Source: Candidatus Nomurabacteria bacterium
Lineage (GTDB): Bacteria; Patescibacteriota; Patescibacteriia; UBA1558; GWA2-36-10
Assembly (NCBI GenBank): GCA_020632415.1
Contig: JACKFO010000002.1
Span: 322,732-386,731 of the forward strand
Length of the DNA: 64,000 nt
Reading direction: 5' to 3'
Below are positions 11,282 through 19,132 of the stretch, piece by piece (position 1 is the stretch's first letter; every line of letters begins with the position of its first letter). The notes under the pieces are model-generated. The model was not told where the DNA came from and ran no database searches. It was given only the letters and a program-made list of their open reading frames with translations. The translations under genes were made by a program, and so were the position numbers.

Positions 11282-11311
11282 TTGACGTTCGGTTTTTGTT
11301 CGGTATATAAT
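11282..11311 (+). promoter_or_regulatory. lexA promoter with embedded candidate LexA operator (GTTC-N7-GTTC direct repeat)
   Basis: TTGACG 11282-11287; GTTCGG 11287-11292 and GTTCGG 11298-11303 (GTTC-N7-GTTC); TATAAT 11306-11311. Confidence 0.5.
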
Positions 11312-11345
11312 AAAGATATAATAAAGCTCAATAATTATTAATCTT

Positions 11346-11945
11346 ATGTCAAATCTAACAAAAAAACAAAAAGAAATTTTAGACTTTGTCACTGAATTTA
11401 TTCAAAGCAATGATTATGCTCCTAGCTATCGAGAAATAGCTGACTACTTTGGTCTCTCCTCTACTGCTACAGTCCACGAGCACCTCAAAGCTTTGGAAGA
11501 TAAAGGTCTAATTACCTCCAATCATAACGCGGCGCGTTCTTTAGAGCTTGTTACTCAACGTTTTGGCAAATCAATTGAATTGCCCTTAGTTGGTTTAATC
11601 GCTGCCGGAGAGCCGATTGAGGCGATTCAACAAAATGAATCAATCGATGTGCCTCAAAGCTTTGTTCGCGATGAAAATAGCTATGTTCTAAAAGTCAAAG
11701 GAGAATCAATGATTGAAGAAGGAATTTTGGATGGTGACTATGTAATTGTTGAACGTAATTTTTATCCACGCAATGGTGATGTGGTAGTCGCTCTACTTGA
11801 TAATACTTATGCTACTCTCAAAAAATATTTCCGAGAAGAAAACCGCATTCGTCTTCAGCCAGCCAACCACACCATGAAACCAATCTATGCCAAAAATCCA
11901 GCAATCCAAGGAATAGTCCGAGCAGTATTAAGAAAATTTGTTTAA
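11346..11945 (+). CDS. lexA: LexA repressor (S24 peptidase)
   Basis: N-terminal winged HTH (YREIADYFGLSSTATVHEHLKALEDKG), Ala-Gly cleavage site (IAAGEP), catalytic Ser (VKGESM) and Lys (ATLKKY). Confidence 0.9.
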   Translation: MSNLTKKQKEILDFVTEFIQSNDYAPSYREIADYFGLSSTATVHEHLKALEDKGLITSNHNAARSLELVTQRFGKSIELPLVGLIAAGEPIEAIQQNESIDVPQSFVRDENSYVLKVKGESMIEEGILDGDYVIVERNFYPRNGDVVVALLDNTYATLKKYFREENRIRLQPANHTMKPIYAKNPAIQGIVRAVLRKFV

Positions 11946-11946
11946 T

Positions 11947-12090
11947 ATGTCAAACTTTAGAAAAATAAAAATTTGGTATCGCAATATTCCGATTCTGAAA
12001 AAAAGTATTATCACTAGATATTACCAACGTTTGTTTCCCAAAAATAAACAAAGAATAGTTATTCGTTATCGAAAATTAGGTTTATTATAA
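11947..12090 (+). CDS. possible small highly basic protein, 47 aa, translationally coupled to lexA
   Basis: ATG is 1 nt after the lexA stop. 47 stop-free codons in very A+T-rich DNA (MSNFRKIKIWYRNIPILKKS...). No homology recognised. Confidence 0.3.
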   Translation: MSNFRKIKIWYRNIPILKKSIITRYYQRLFPKNKQRIVIRYRKLGLL

Positions 12091-12672
12091 TCAATTAAAC
12101 AAAGCTTTTATTTTTGCAAGATAAGCCGCAGATAAACCATGTTCTTCAGCGCCACTTAAAACAACTTGATAATATTCTTCGCTCGGCTGAGCAAAAGTTT
12201 GATCATTTTCAACAAGATAAACTTGAGCTAAAATATTTTTCTGATCAAAATTTACTTTGACAATTCGGCGCTGATAAACATTTGGGTAGCCCTCTACCTG
12301 ATCTAAAGCTCTTAAACAAGTATCGCTGATTCTAAACAAAACACCCTCTACTTCTTGACTAGCTTTTTCTTTAATATTGGCATAACCTCGACCATAAAAA
12401 TAAAAATCATAGTCCGCAAGTTTTGCCTGACCTAAATCCAAAAAATTATCCTCCCCACAACGTTGTAACATGCGAGAAGTGCTCATGTTTGACCCATAAG
12501 CAAAATAAAAAATATTTACTTCCGAATCTAATTTCAAGAACTGACTATCGTTATTTTTTGAATCGGAAATAGCTATTTCTTGCTGATTTTCAATCGGAAC
12601 AGTTTTTTGGCTAGCACAAGCAGTCAAAGAGCCTAAAGCCAAAAGCATTAAGAGAATCTTCAATTTTTTCAT
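12091..12672 (-). CDS. gamma-glutamylcyclotransferase (AIG2/GGACT-like) family lipoprotein
   Basis: Lipobox LGSLTAC, then FYFAYGSNMSTSRMLQRC and EGYP motifs typical of the GGCT-like fold. Confidence 0.65.
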   Translation of the reverse strand: MKKLKILLMLLALGSLTACASQKTVPIENQQEIAISDSKNNDSQFLKLDSEVNIFYFAYGSNMSTSRMLQRCGEDNFLDLGQAKLADYDFYFYGRGYANIKEKASQEVEGVLFRISDTCLRALDQVEGYPNVYQRRIVKVNFDQKNILAQVYLVENDQTFAQPSEEYYQVVLSGAEEHGLSAAYLAKIKALFN

Positions 12673-12834
12673 AAAAAATAAGCTTAATTAATAGCTTAAG
12701 TATAACATATCCAAAAATAAAGTGAAAAAAGCCTAAAAAATAAGCTTTTGCTAAGTAGGGTTGACAAAAGCAAAAAAATTAGCTATTATATTGATACTTT
12801 TTAGAATACTTAAGGAAAAAATTAAAAATAGTAT

Positions 12835-13122
12835 ATGGCACATAAGAAAGCAGGCGGCTCCACAAGTTTAGGCCGCGATTCCGTTAGTAAACGTCTAGGC
12901 GTAAAATTATTTGCTGGCCAATTTGCAAAGGCTGGTAATATTTTGGTTCGCCAAAGAGGTAGTAAATTTCATCCTGGATTAAACGTAAAAAAAGGTAGTG
13001 ATGATACTTTATTTGCTGCTATTTCTGGCTTCATCAAATTTAGAAAACTAAAAAAGAGAAAATTTGATGGTTCACTAAAAGAAACTAGATTTATCGACAT
13101 TCTTCCAGAAGATCAAAAATAA
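12835..13122 (+). CDS. rpmA: 50S ribosomal protein L27
   Basis: [29 protein letters not shown]...[13 protein letters not shown]. Confidence 0.95.
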   Translation: MAHKKAGGSTSLGRDSVSKRLGVKLFAGQFAKAGNILVRQRGSKFHPGLNVKKGSDDTLFAAISGFIKFRKLKKRKFDGSLKETRFIDILPEDQK

Positions 13123-13130
13123 CAAATATT

Positions 13131-13164
13131 AAATCCCGCCGCGTTTGACGCGGCGGGATTTTTA
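13131..13164. terminator. bidirectional intrinsic terminator between rpmA and ftsX
   Basis: ATCCCGCCGCG-TTTGA-CGCGGCGGGAT flanked by an A-run and a T-run. Confidence 0.8.
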
Positions 13165-13184
13165 GTTTAAAAAATTTATCTTAA

Positions 13185-14102
13185 CTAAACTTTCAAATAT
13201 TTACGAATAGCAATTGAAGTACTCAAAATATTTAATAAGGCTAGAACTGCAAATTGAGTGCCAAAAATTAAGAAAAAATTGGACTGAAAATACTCTGAAA
13301 TATTAATCACATTGACATCTTGAAAATACATTGTTAATGACGGCTGAATAAAATTAATGATCGGGTAAATAATAGCAATTAATAACACTACTGCCGTAAA
13401 AGCATACAGAACGCCTTCCAAAATAAAAGGCATCTTAACAAACCAATTTCCAGCACCCACTAGCTTCATGATCATGATTTCATTTTTGCGACTATAAATA
13501 CTAATTCTGATTGTATTAAAAATGACAACGATCGAAATCAACAAAAATGCACCGATAATATACCAGCTATATTTATTTAATACTTTTGAGAAATTTTCAA
13601 TTTTTCCTACAAAACTATCAAAATCATTAAAATCACTACTATCTACTAAATCCTGATATTTTTCTTGAGAAATTTTATCTAAAATCGTCGTATACTGAGA
13701 AAGCTCATTGCCTTGCACAGCCAAAGAAAAACTAAAAGGATTTTCATCTTCGTCAAAAATATCCAAAACTTTTTTAGCCTTTTCGTCTAAATTTGATTGT
13801 TCATACAAAACTTTATTTTCCTCTGGAGTAATAATTGTCACTTTTTTTACCTCTGCTTGAGAATCCAAATCTGTTGCCAATAGCTCCACTTCTTCTCGGC
13901 TAGCTCCAGGCTTCAAAGAAACTAAAATATCAACTTTTTTATTAACTCCCTCTAGCGTAGCTTCTTTGATATAATCAATTCCAATCAATAAAGTAGTTGA
14001 AAACAAAGCCATCAACATCATTGTAATTGTCACCAAAGATAACCAAAAATTTCTAAAAAATCCTTGGAAAGCAAACTTGATGACTCTAAAAAAACTGATC
14101 AT
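13185..14102 (-). CDS. ftsX: cell division permease-like protein FtsX
   Basis: 305 aa with TM1, an extracytoplasmic domain, then three C-terminal TM helices. Immediately downstream of ftsE. Confidence 0.8.
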   Translation of the reverse strand: MISFFRVIKFAFQGFFRNFWLSLVTITMMLMALFSTTLLIGIDYIKEATLEGVNKKVDILVSLKPGASREEVELLATDLDSQAEVKKVTIITPEENKVLYEQSNLDEKAKKVLDIFDEDENPFSFSLAVQGNELSQYTTILDKISQEKYQDLVDSSDFNDFDSFVGKIENFSKVLNKYSWYIIGAFLLISIVVIFNTIRISIYSRKNEIMIMKLVGAGNWFVKMPFILEGVLYAFTAVVLLIAIIYPIINFIQPSLTMYFQDVNVINISEYFQSNFFLIFGTQFAVLALLNILSTSIAIRKYLKV

Positions 14103-14122
14103 ATTTTTTATTTTAAACTATT

Positions 14123-14803
14123 TTATAATAAATAACGTCCTTGAGCTTGATCGGAAATCAAAACTCCATTATCCAAAGTAATTACCCTGCCTTTTAAACT
14201 ATTCACCACATCTTTATTATGAGTAACCAAGACAATGGTTGTCCCTAAATTATTAATCTTTTTTAATAAATCAATAATTTCTCGTGTATTAATCGAATCT
14301 AAGTTTCCAGTCGGTTCGTCAGCAACTAATAATTTTGGTTTATGGACCAAAGCTCGCGCAATAGCCACTCTTTGCTGTTCTCCTCCTGACAGCTGATTTG
14401 GATAGCGATCTTCCTTATCTTTTAAACCAACCAAAGCTAGCATCTGTCTAACTGTTTTTTTGATGTCTTTTTTTGCAAAACCACAAGCTTCCATCGCAAA
14501 AGCTACGTTTTCAAAGACAGTTTTTTTGGCAAGTAACTTATAATCTTGGAAGATAACGCCTAATTGACGACGCAAAGTTGGGACTTCTCTTTCTTTGATA
14601 TCGCTAATATCCCAGCCACCAACCAGAAGCTCTCCTTGATCAGCTTTTAACTCAGCAATAATGATTTTGATTAATGTCGATTTTCCTGAGCCACTCTGAC
14701 CAACAATAGAAACAAATTCTCCCGGCTGAATATGAAAACTGATATCATTTAAAGCCTGAATTTTTTTACCGTATTTTTTTGATAAATTAGTTACTTTGAT
14801 CAT
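14123..14803 (-). CDS. ftsE: cell division ATP-binding protein FtsE
   Basis: Walker A GQSGSGKST, ABC signature LSGGEQQRV, Walker B LLVADEPT. Confidence 0.9.
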   Translation of the reverse strand: MIKVTNLSKKYGKKIQALNDISFHIQPGEFVSIVGQSGSGKSTLIKIIIAELKADQGELLVGGWDISDIKEREVPTLRRQLGVIFQDYKLLAKKTVFENVAFAMEACGFAKKDIKKTVRQMLALVGLKDKEDRYPNQLSGGEQQRVAIARALVHKPKLLVADEPTGNLDSINTREIIDLLKKINNLGTTIVLVTHNKDVVNSLKGRVITLDNGVLISDQAQGRYLL

Positions 14804-15764
14804 AAAATTCTACTTTGACATAAATTAAACCAGCTCCTAAAGAGCTCAATTGCTTAAAAGCTTCGGTATCCAAGTCAATGATTCGTCCTGTTTGTAATTC
14901 TGGACCATAATCATTAACTTCGATAATAATTGATTTCCCAGTTTTTAACCTGGTCACTTTTAGTTTTGTGCCCTTGGGATAATCACGAGAAGCAGCGAAA
15001 TTTCCATTTTGATAATTAAAATAGCGATAACGACTTTGGTCATAAAAACTAGCAATTCCATCTTCAGCTTTTGGATCAGCAAAAATTGCTACTACCAAGT
15101 CCTGATCGTTATTTCTAACTTGAGCGCTAATAAATTTTTCCTCAACATCATTGTAGCCAACAAGTGCGGTCCATTTATTATTTGAATAATCATAATAATA
15201 AATATTTTTTGAACGAAAATCTTCTACTTGATAATGAAACTTAAGATTAGCATTTTGAAAGTTAGCTATTTTATAAAACTTCGATATTCTTTCTAAATCT
15301 CCATTTTGAATCGGCGCCATTACTTTGCTAATGATCAAATTCTGATCAGCTTCCACCTCCAAAAAAGAATCTTCTGATCTAAATTCTTGAGAAAAATTTT
15401 GATTATCTCTAACTATTTCAATATTCTCTGAAGTTAAATTTAAAACTTCTTCTGTTTTTGGTTTAACTTGCACTAAAATTTGATGATCAGTGGTTTTTTC
15501 AGCATCTTGCAAAAGCTGATTATTTTGGTCAACTAAAGAATACTTTAAATATTTTTGACTAGGATAAATCTTAAGCAGACCCGTTTTTTCTTCCCAACTT
15601 AAAACCCAATTTTTACTAGCATCATCAATTTCTAAAATATTAACAAAAATTCCATCGGTGACTTGAATTTTTTCTTGATCATTTTGAAAAGGAATCAGCT
15701 TAGCCTCAACTTTGAAAGCTATAAAAAATAAACTAAAACTTAAGATAAATAAATATTTTTTCAT
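14787..15764 (-). CDS. secreted RlpA-like double-psi beta-barrel (DPBB) domain protein
   Basis: Signal peptide. C-terminal GIASFYD...FAASRDYPKGTKLKVTRLKTGKSIIIEVNDYGP...GRIIDLDTEAF. Confidence 0.7.
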   Translation of the reverse strand: MKKYLFILSFSLFFIAFKVEAKLIPFQNDQEKIQVTDGIFVNILEIDDASKNWVLSWEEKTGLLKIYPSQKYLKYSLVDQNNQLLQDAEKTTDHQILVQVKPKTEEVLNLTSENIEIVRDNQNFSQEFRSEDSFLEVEADQNLIISKVMAPIQNGDLERISKFYKIANFQNANLKFHYQVEDFRSKNIYYYDYSNNKWTALVGYNDVEEKFISAQVRNNDQDLVVAIFADPKAEDGIASFYDQSRYRYFNYQNGNFAASRDYPKGTKLKVTRLKTGKSIIIEVNDYGPELQTGRIIDLDTEAFKQLSSLGAGLIYVKVEFYDQSN

Positions 15765-16633
15765 TAATAAAATTTATTAATTTTTGCAATTGTAAAATAC
15801 TGTTCAAAAAACTGATCCATTGTTTTGGCCTGAACTATAATCGATCTTACTTTCCAAGCCTTTTCCCCATTATCGTCATCAACCAAATCATCAACTCGCC
15901 AAATGATATAAGCTTCTGGGACAATAACAATTTTACTAAAATCATTCTTTTCTAGCTCAAGAATTGGCTCATAAATACCAACTAAATCCTCTGTTTTTAA
16001 CCAAACAGCTTCTTCAGCGGCCTGTGGGATATTCGAATAAGTTTCGGCAACGGCAAGAAAATCTTGACCATCTTCTAAGGCAGCATAAGCGTCTTGAGCT
16101 TTTACGATCCCTTCTTTGTCGTTGTAATTTTCTAATAACTGTTGATAAACTTTGATTTCTAAAAGATAAAGTCTAACAATATCGTTTTTAAAATCTTTCA
16201 AAGATGAACCGTAATTATCTTTCGCAAAATCAGTCAATTCTTTCAAATCTTCATCTTGAAAGGTTTCTTGCATGTAAGCCTCTAATTCTTCATCACTAAC
16301 ACTCAAAGAAAAATTCTGAGCCAAATTTTTGATCCATAAATCTCTAATGGTCTTCTGCCAAGCTAAGTCAGTAAGATCAAGCTCTGCCATTGCCTCTGGA
16401 TTGCTTTCTAAATATTTATTTAAAGATTGATAATAGCGAAGATAGTCAGCTAAATAAATCGGATAAGTCTGCTTGTTTTCAACCAACTCCCCTGCTTTTA
16501 AATTATAAACTTTAGCTAAAGATTTTGTAAAAGCAACTGGAAATTTATGAGCATAAATCATTTTGGTACTCACCCAAAAAGCTAGAGCCAAAACTCCAAT
16601 GACAGTTAATATAATTTTTAATTTATTTTTCAT
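15764..16633 (-). CDS. membrane-anchored SurA-N/parvulin-like (PpiC-type) chaperone candidate
   Basis: N-terminal TM, helical region, then ALEDGQDFLAVAETYSN resembling a parvulin domain. Weak call. Confidence 0.45.
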   Translation of the reverse strand: MKNKLKIILTVIGVLALAFWVSTKMIYAHKFPVAFTKSLAKVYNLKAGELVENKQTYPIYLADYLRYYQSLNKYLESNPEAMAELDLTDLAWQKTIRDLWIKNLAQNFSLSVSDEELEAYMQETFQDEDLKELTDFAKDNYGSSLKDFKNDIVRLYLLEIKVYQQLLENYNDKEGIVKAQDAYAALEDGQDFLAVAETYSNIPQAAEEAVWLKTEDLVGIYEPILELEKNDFSKIVIVPEAYIIWRVDDLVDDDNGEKAWKVRSIIVQAKTMDQFFEQYFTIAKINKFY

Positions 16634-16636
16634 ATT

Positions 16637-17020
16637 TTATTTAAAAAAGTAAGCAAACCATTTTTGCCAGTTAGACAAATCACTAGAAGCATCTCCTAAT
16701 TGATCTAGTGTTTTTGCTTGCTCTGACAAATCAATTCTTTTTTCTCCTGGCTTGCTTAAATTAAGCTGAGTTCTAGCTTGTTCTTCGATATATTGATCAC
16801 TTTGCAAATAAGAGATCAGATCTTCTAATTTATCTCGATTTAGCTCTGCCTCTGCTAGTTGCTGATTTAAATGGCTAATTTCTTTATTGATCTGATGACG
16901 ACGTGCTAATTCTTTGCCAACTTTTAAAATTGATAAAATCAAAACTACCAATAAAATGGCAATAAAAATATTTGAACTATAAACGGCACTCCAGAAAGTT
17001 TTTTTTTGTTTTTCTCTCAT
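16637..17020 (-). CDS. septum formation initiator (FtsB/DivIC family)
   Basis: Single TM, then a coiled coil and YIEEQARTQLNLSKPGE motif. In a division gene cluster. Confidence 0.65.
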   Translation of the reverse strand: MREKQKKTFWSAVYSSNIFIAILLVVLILSILKVGKELARRHQINKEISHLNQQLAEAELNRDKLEDLISYLQSDQYIEEQARTQLNLSKPGEKRIDLSEQAKTLDQLGDASSDLSNWQKWFAYFFK

Positions 17021-17143
17021 TCAAAAATAAGAAATTAAGTAAGATAATTATAACATAAATTAAATAGTTTTTCCAAAACAGAAAAATAGGTTTACCAATC
17101 TACCAAAAAAGATTATAATGATAAAGGATAATTTTAAAAAATT

Positions 17144-18064
17144 ATGTCTATCCAACAAATAAAAACAAAAAAATTAACTTGGATTCATCTTAATAAAGCA
17201 ACTCGTAAAGAGATTGAGGAACTAGAAAATGAATATGGTTTTCATCGTCTAGATTTAGAAGACTGCCTAGTCAAAGTCCAAAGGCCACAAATCAGTGAGT
17301 ATCATAATTATATTTTTTTTATTCTTACTTTTCCGGTCTACAATCCTCATACTAGAGAAATAGAATCTAGTGAAGTGGATTTTTTTGTTGGCTCAAAATA
17401 CGTAATTACTCTTACCGATGGTCTAAATCCAACAGTTAATGATTTTTTTCAAGAATTAAAAAATAATGACCAAGACCTGGATCACTACATGTCCGGCTAT
17501 CAGGTAAATTTACTCTACGAAATCTTGCATCGTTTACAAAATCATACCATGCCGATGCTTGACCATGTTTCAGAAGATATTGAAGATGTTGAAAAAAGAA
17601 TTTTTAAAGGCGAAGAACGAAAAGTAGTCAAAGAAATATTACATATCAAGAGAAACATTGTTAACTTGCGAAAAATCATGCAAGCTCACAAAAACATCAT
17701 CAAAAAACTAATGCTGACCAAAAATAAATTCTTCATGCCCGATCAAACCAATATTTATTTTACAAACATCTTAGATCGAACCAAAGATATCTGGGATATC
17801 TTAGAAACTCAAAAAGAAAATATCAATGCCTTTCAAGAAACAAACGAATCTTTGATCTCAAATAAATTAAACGAGATTATGAAAATCTTGACTATTATTT
17901 CTGTGATCATGATCCCGGCCAACTTAGTTGCTTCTGTTTTTGGAATGAACGCCCGTTTTATGCCAATAGTTAATAAACCCGGCGATTTTCAAATTATCGT
18001 TTCCTTGATGCTAGTAATGATGCTCTCTTTTATCTGGTATTTTAGAAAAAAAGAATGGCTCTAG
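17144..18064 (+). CDS. corA: magnesium/cobalt transporter CorA
   Basis: C-terminal two TM helices with the VFGMN signature; 306 aa. Confidence 0.85.
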   Translation: MSIQQIKTKKLTWIHLNKATRKEIEELENEYGFHRLDLEDCLVKVQRPQISEYHNYIFFILTFPVYNPHTREIESSEVDFFVGSKYVITLTDGLNPTVNDFFQELKNNDQDLDHYMSGYQVNLLYEILHRLQNHTMPMLDHVSEDIEDVEKRIFKGEERKVVKEILHIKRNIVNLRKIMQAHKNIIKKLMLTKNKFFMPDQTNIYFTNILDRTKDIWDILETQKENINAFQETNESLISNKLNEIMKILTIISVIMIPANLVASVFGMNARFMPIVNKPGDFQIIVSLMLVMMLSFIWYFRKKEWL

Positions 18065-18092
18065 GCTTTTCAAAAATTAAAATTTATGTTAT

Positions 18093-18121
18093 AAACCCCG
18101 TATTAAACGGGGTTTAATTTT
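18093..18121 (+). terminator. intrinsic terminator after corA
   Basis: AAACCCCG-loop-CGGGGTTT then a T-rich run, ending at the dus start codon. Confidence 0.6.
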
Positions 18122-19093
18122 ATGGATAATTTCTGGCAAAAACTAAATAAACCAATTTTATCAATGACGCCAATGGCTGGAATCACTGATACTGCTTGGC
18201 GCCAAATTTGTAAAATGTGGGGAGCTGATGTTGTTTTTACTGAATTTGTTTCAGCTGACGCTTTAAATTATGATAGTAAAAAAACCCTCAAAATGCTAGA
18301 ATATCATGCTTCTGAACAGCCAGTTGTCGTTCAAATTTTCGGACGACGAATAGATATGTACCCCAAAGCAGCAAAAGTTGTAGAATCTTTGGGTGTCGCT
18401 GGAATTGATATTAATTTTGGTTGTCCGGCAAAAAAAGTAGCTGGACACGGCGGTGGAATCTGCCTTTTAAGAGACTTGGATACTGTCAAAAAAATCGTCT
18501 CCACAACCATTGAATCGGTCAATATTCCAGTCTCCGTAAAAAGTAGAATTGCTTTAAATACTGTCCAAGGCCATCCTGAAAAAGGCAAAACTACTGTCTT
18601 TGACTTGATTGAAACCTTAGCTGATTTGCCAGTAGCTTCGATGATTATTCATGGGCGTACTTACGAAACACCTTTTACTGGTCCAGTTGATTTAGAAAAT
18701 TTAAAAAAAGCCAAACTTGCTTTCAAAACCGGAACATTTTTGATCAATGGTTCGTTCCAAACTATTGAATCTGTTGCTGCTGATTTAAAATATACTCAAG
18801 CCGATGGAATCGCCTTGTCTCGTGCCTTGTATGGACAACCATGGCTTTTTAAACAAATTAGGGATTACTTAGAAACGGGAACTTATCAAGAAATCACTTG
18901 GCCAGAAATCAAAGATACCGCCATTAAACACGCTCATCTTTTGTATCAATCAAAAGGTGAAAAAGGATTTAAAGAAATGCGTAAGCATTTACTATTTTAC
19001 GTCAAAGGCAGACCAGATGCTTCAACTTTAAGAAAAGAATTGGTTCAAGTAGAAAATCCAGAGCAAGTTGAAAAAATATTTAAAAATATTTAA
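18122..19093 (+). CDS. dus: tRNA-dihydrouridine synthase
   Basis: MAGITD, INFGCPAKKV, HGRT motifs; 323 aa. Confidence 0.85.
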   Translation: MDNFWQKLNKPILSMTPMAGITDTAWRQICKMWGADVVFTEFVSADALNYDSKKTLKMLEYHASEQPVVVQIFGRRIDMYPKAAKVVESLGVAGIDINFGCPAKKVAGHGGGICLLRDLDTVKKIVSTTIESVNIPVSVKSRIALNTVQGHPEKGKTTVFDLIETLADLPVASMIIHGRTYETPFTGPVDLENLKKAKLAFKTGTFLINGSFQTIESVAADLKYTQADGIALSRALYGQPWLFKQIRDYLETGTYQEITWPEIKDTAIKHAHLLYQSKGEKGFKEMRKHLLFYVKGRPDASTLRKELVQVENPEQVEKIFKNI

Positions 19094-19124
19094 AAACTCC
19101 GGACATTAAGTCCGGAGTTTTTTA
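19094..19124. terminator. bidirectional terminator between dus and the 851-aa surface protein gene
   Basis: AAACTCCGGA-CATTAAG-TCCGGAGTTT with flanking A and T runs. Confidence 0.75.
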
Positions 19125-19132
19125 TTTAGTTT

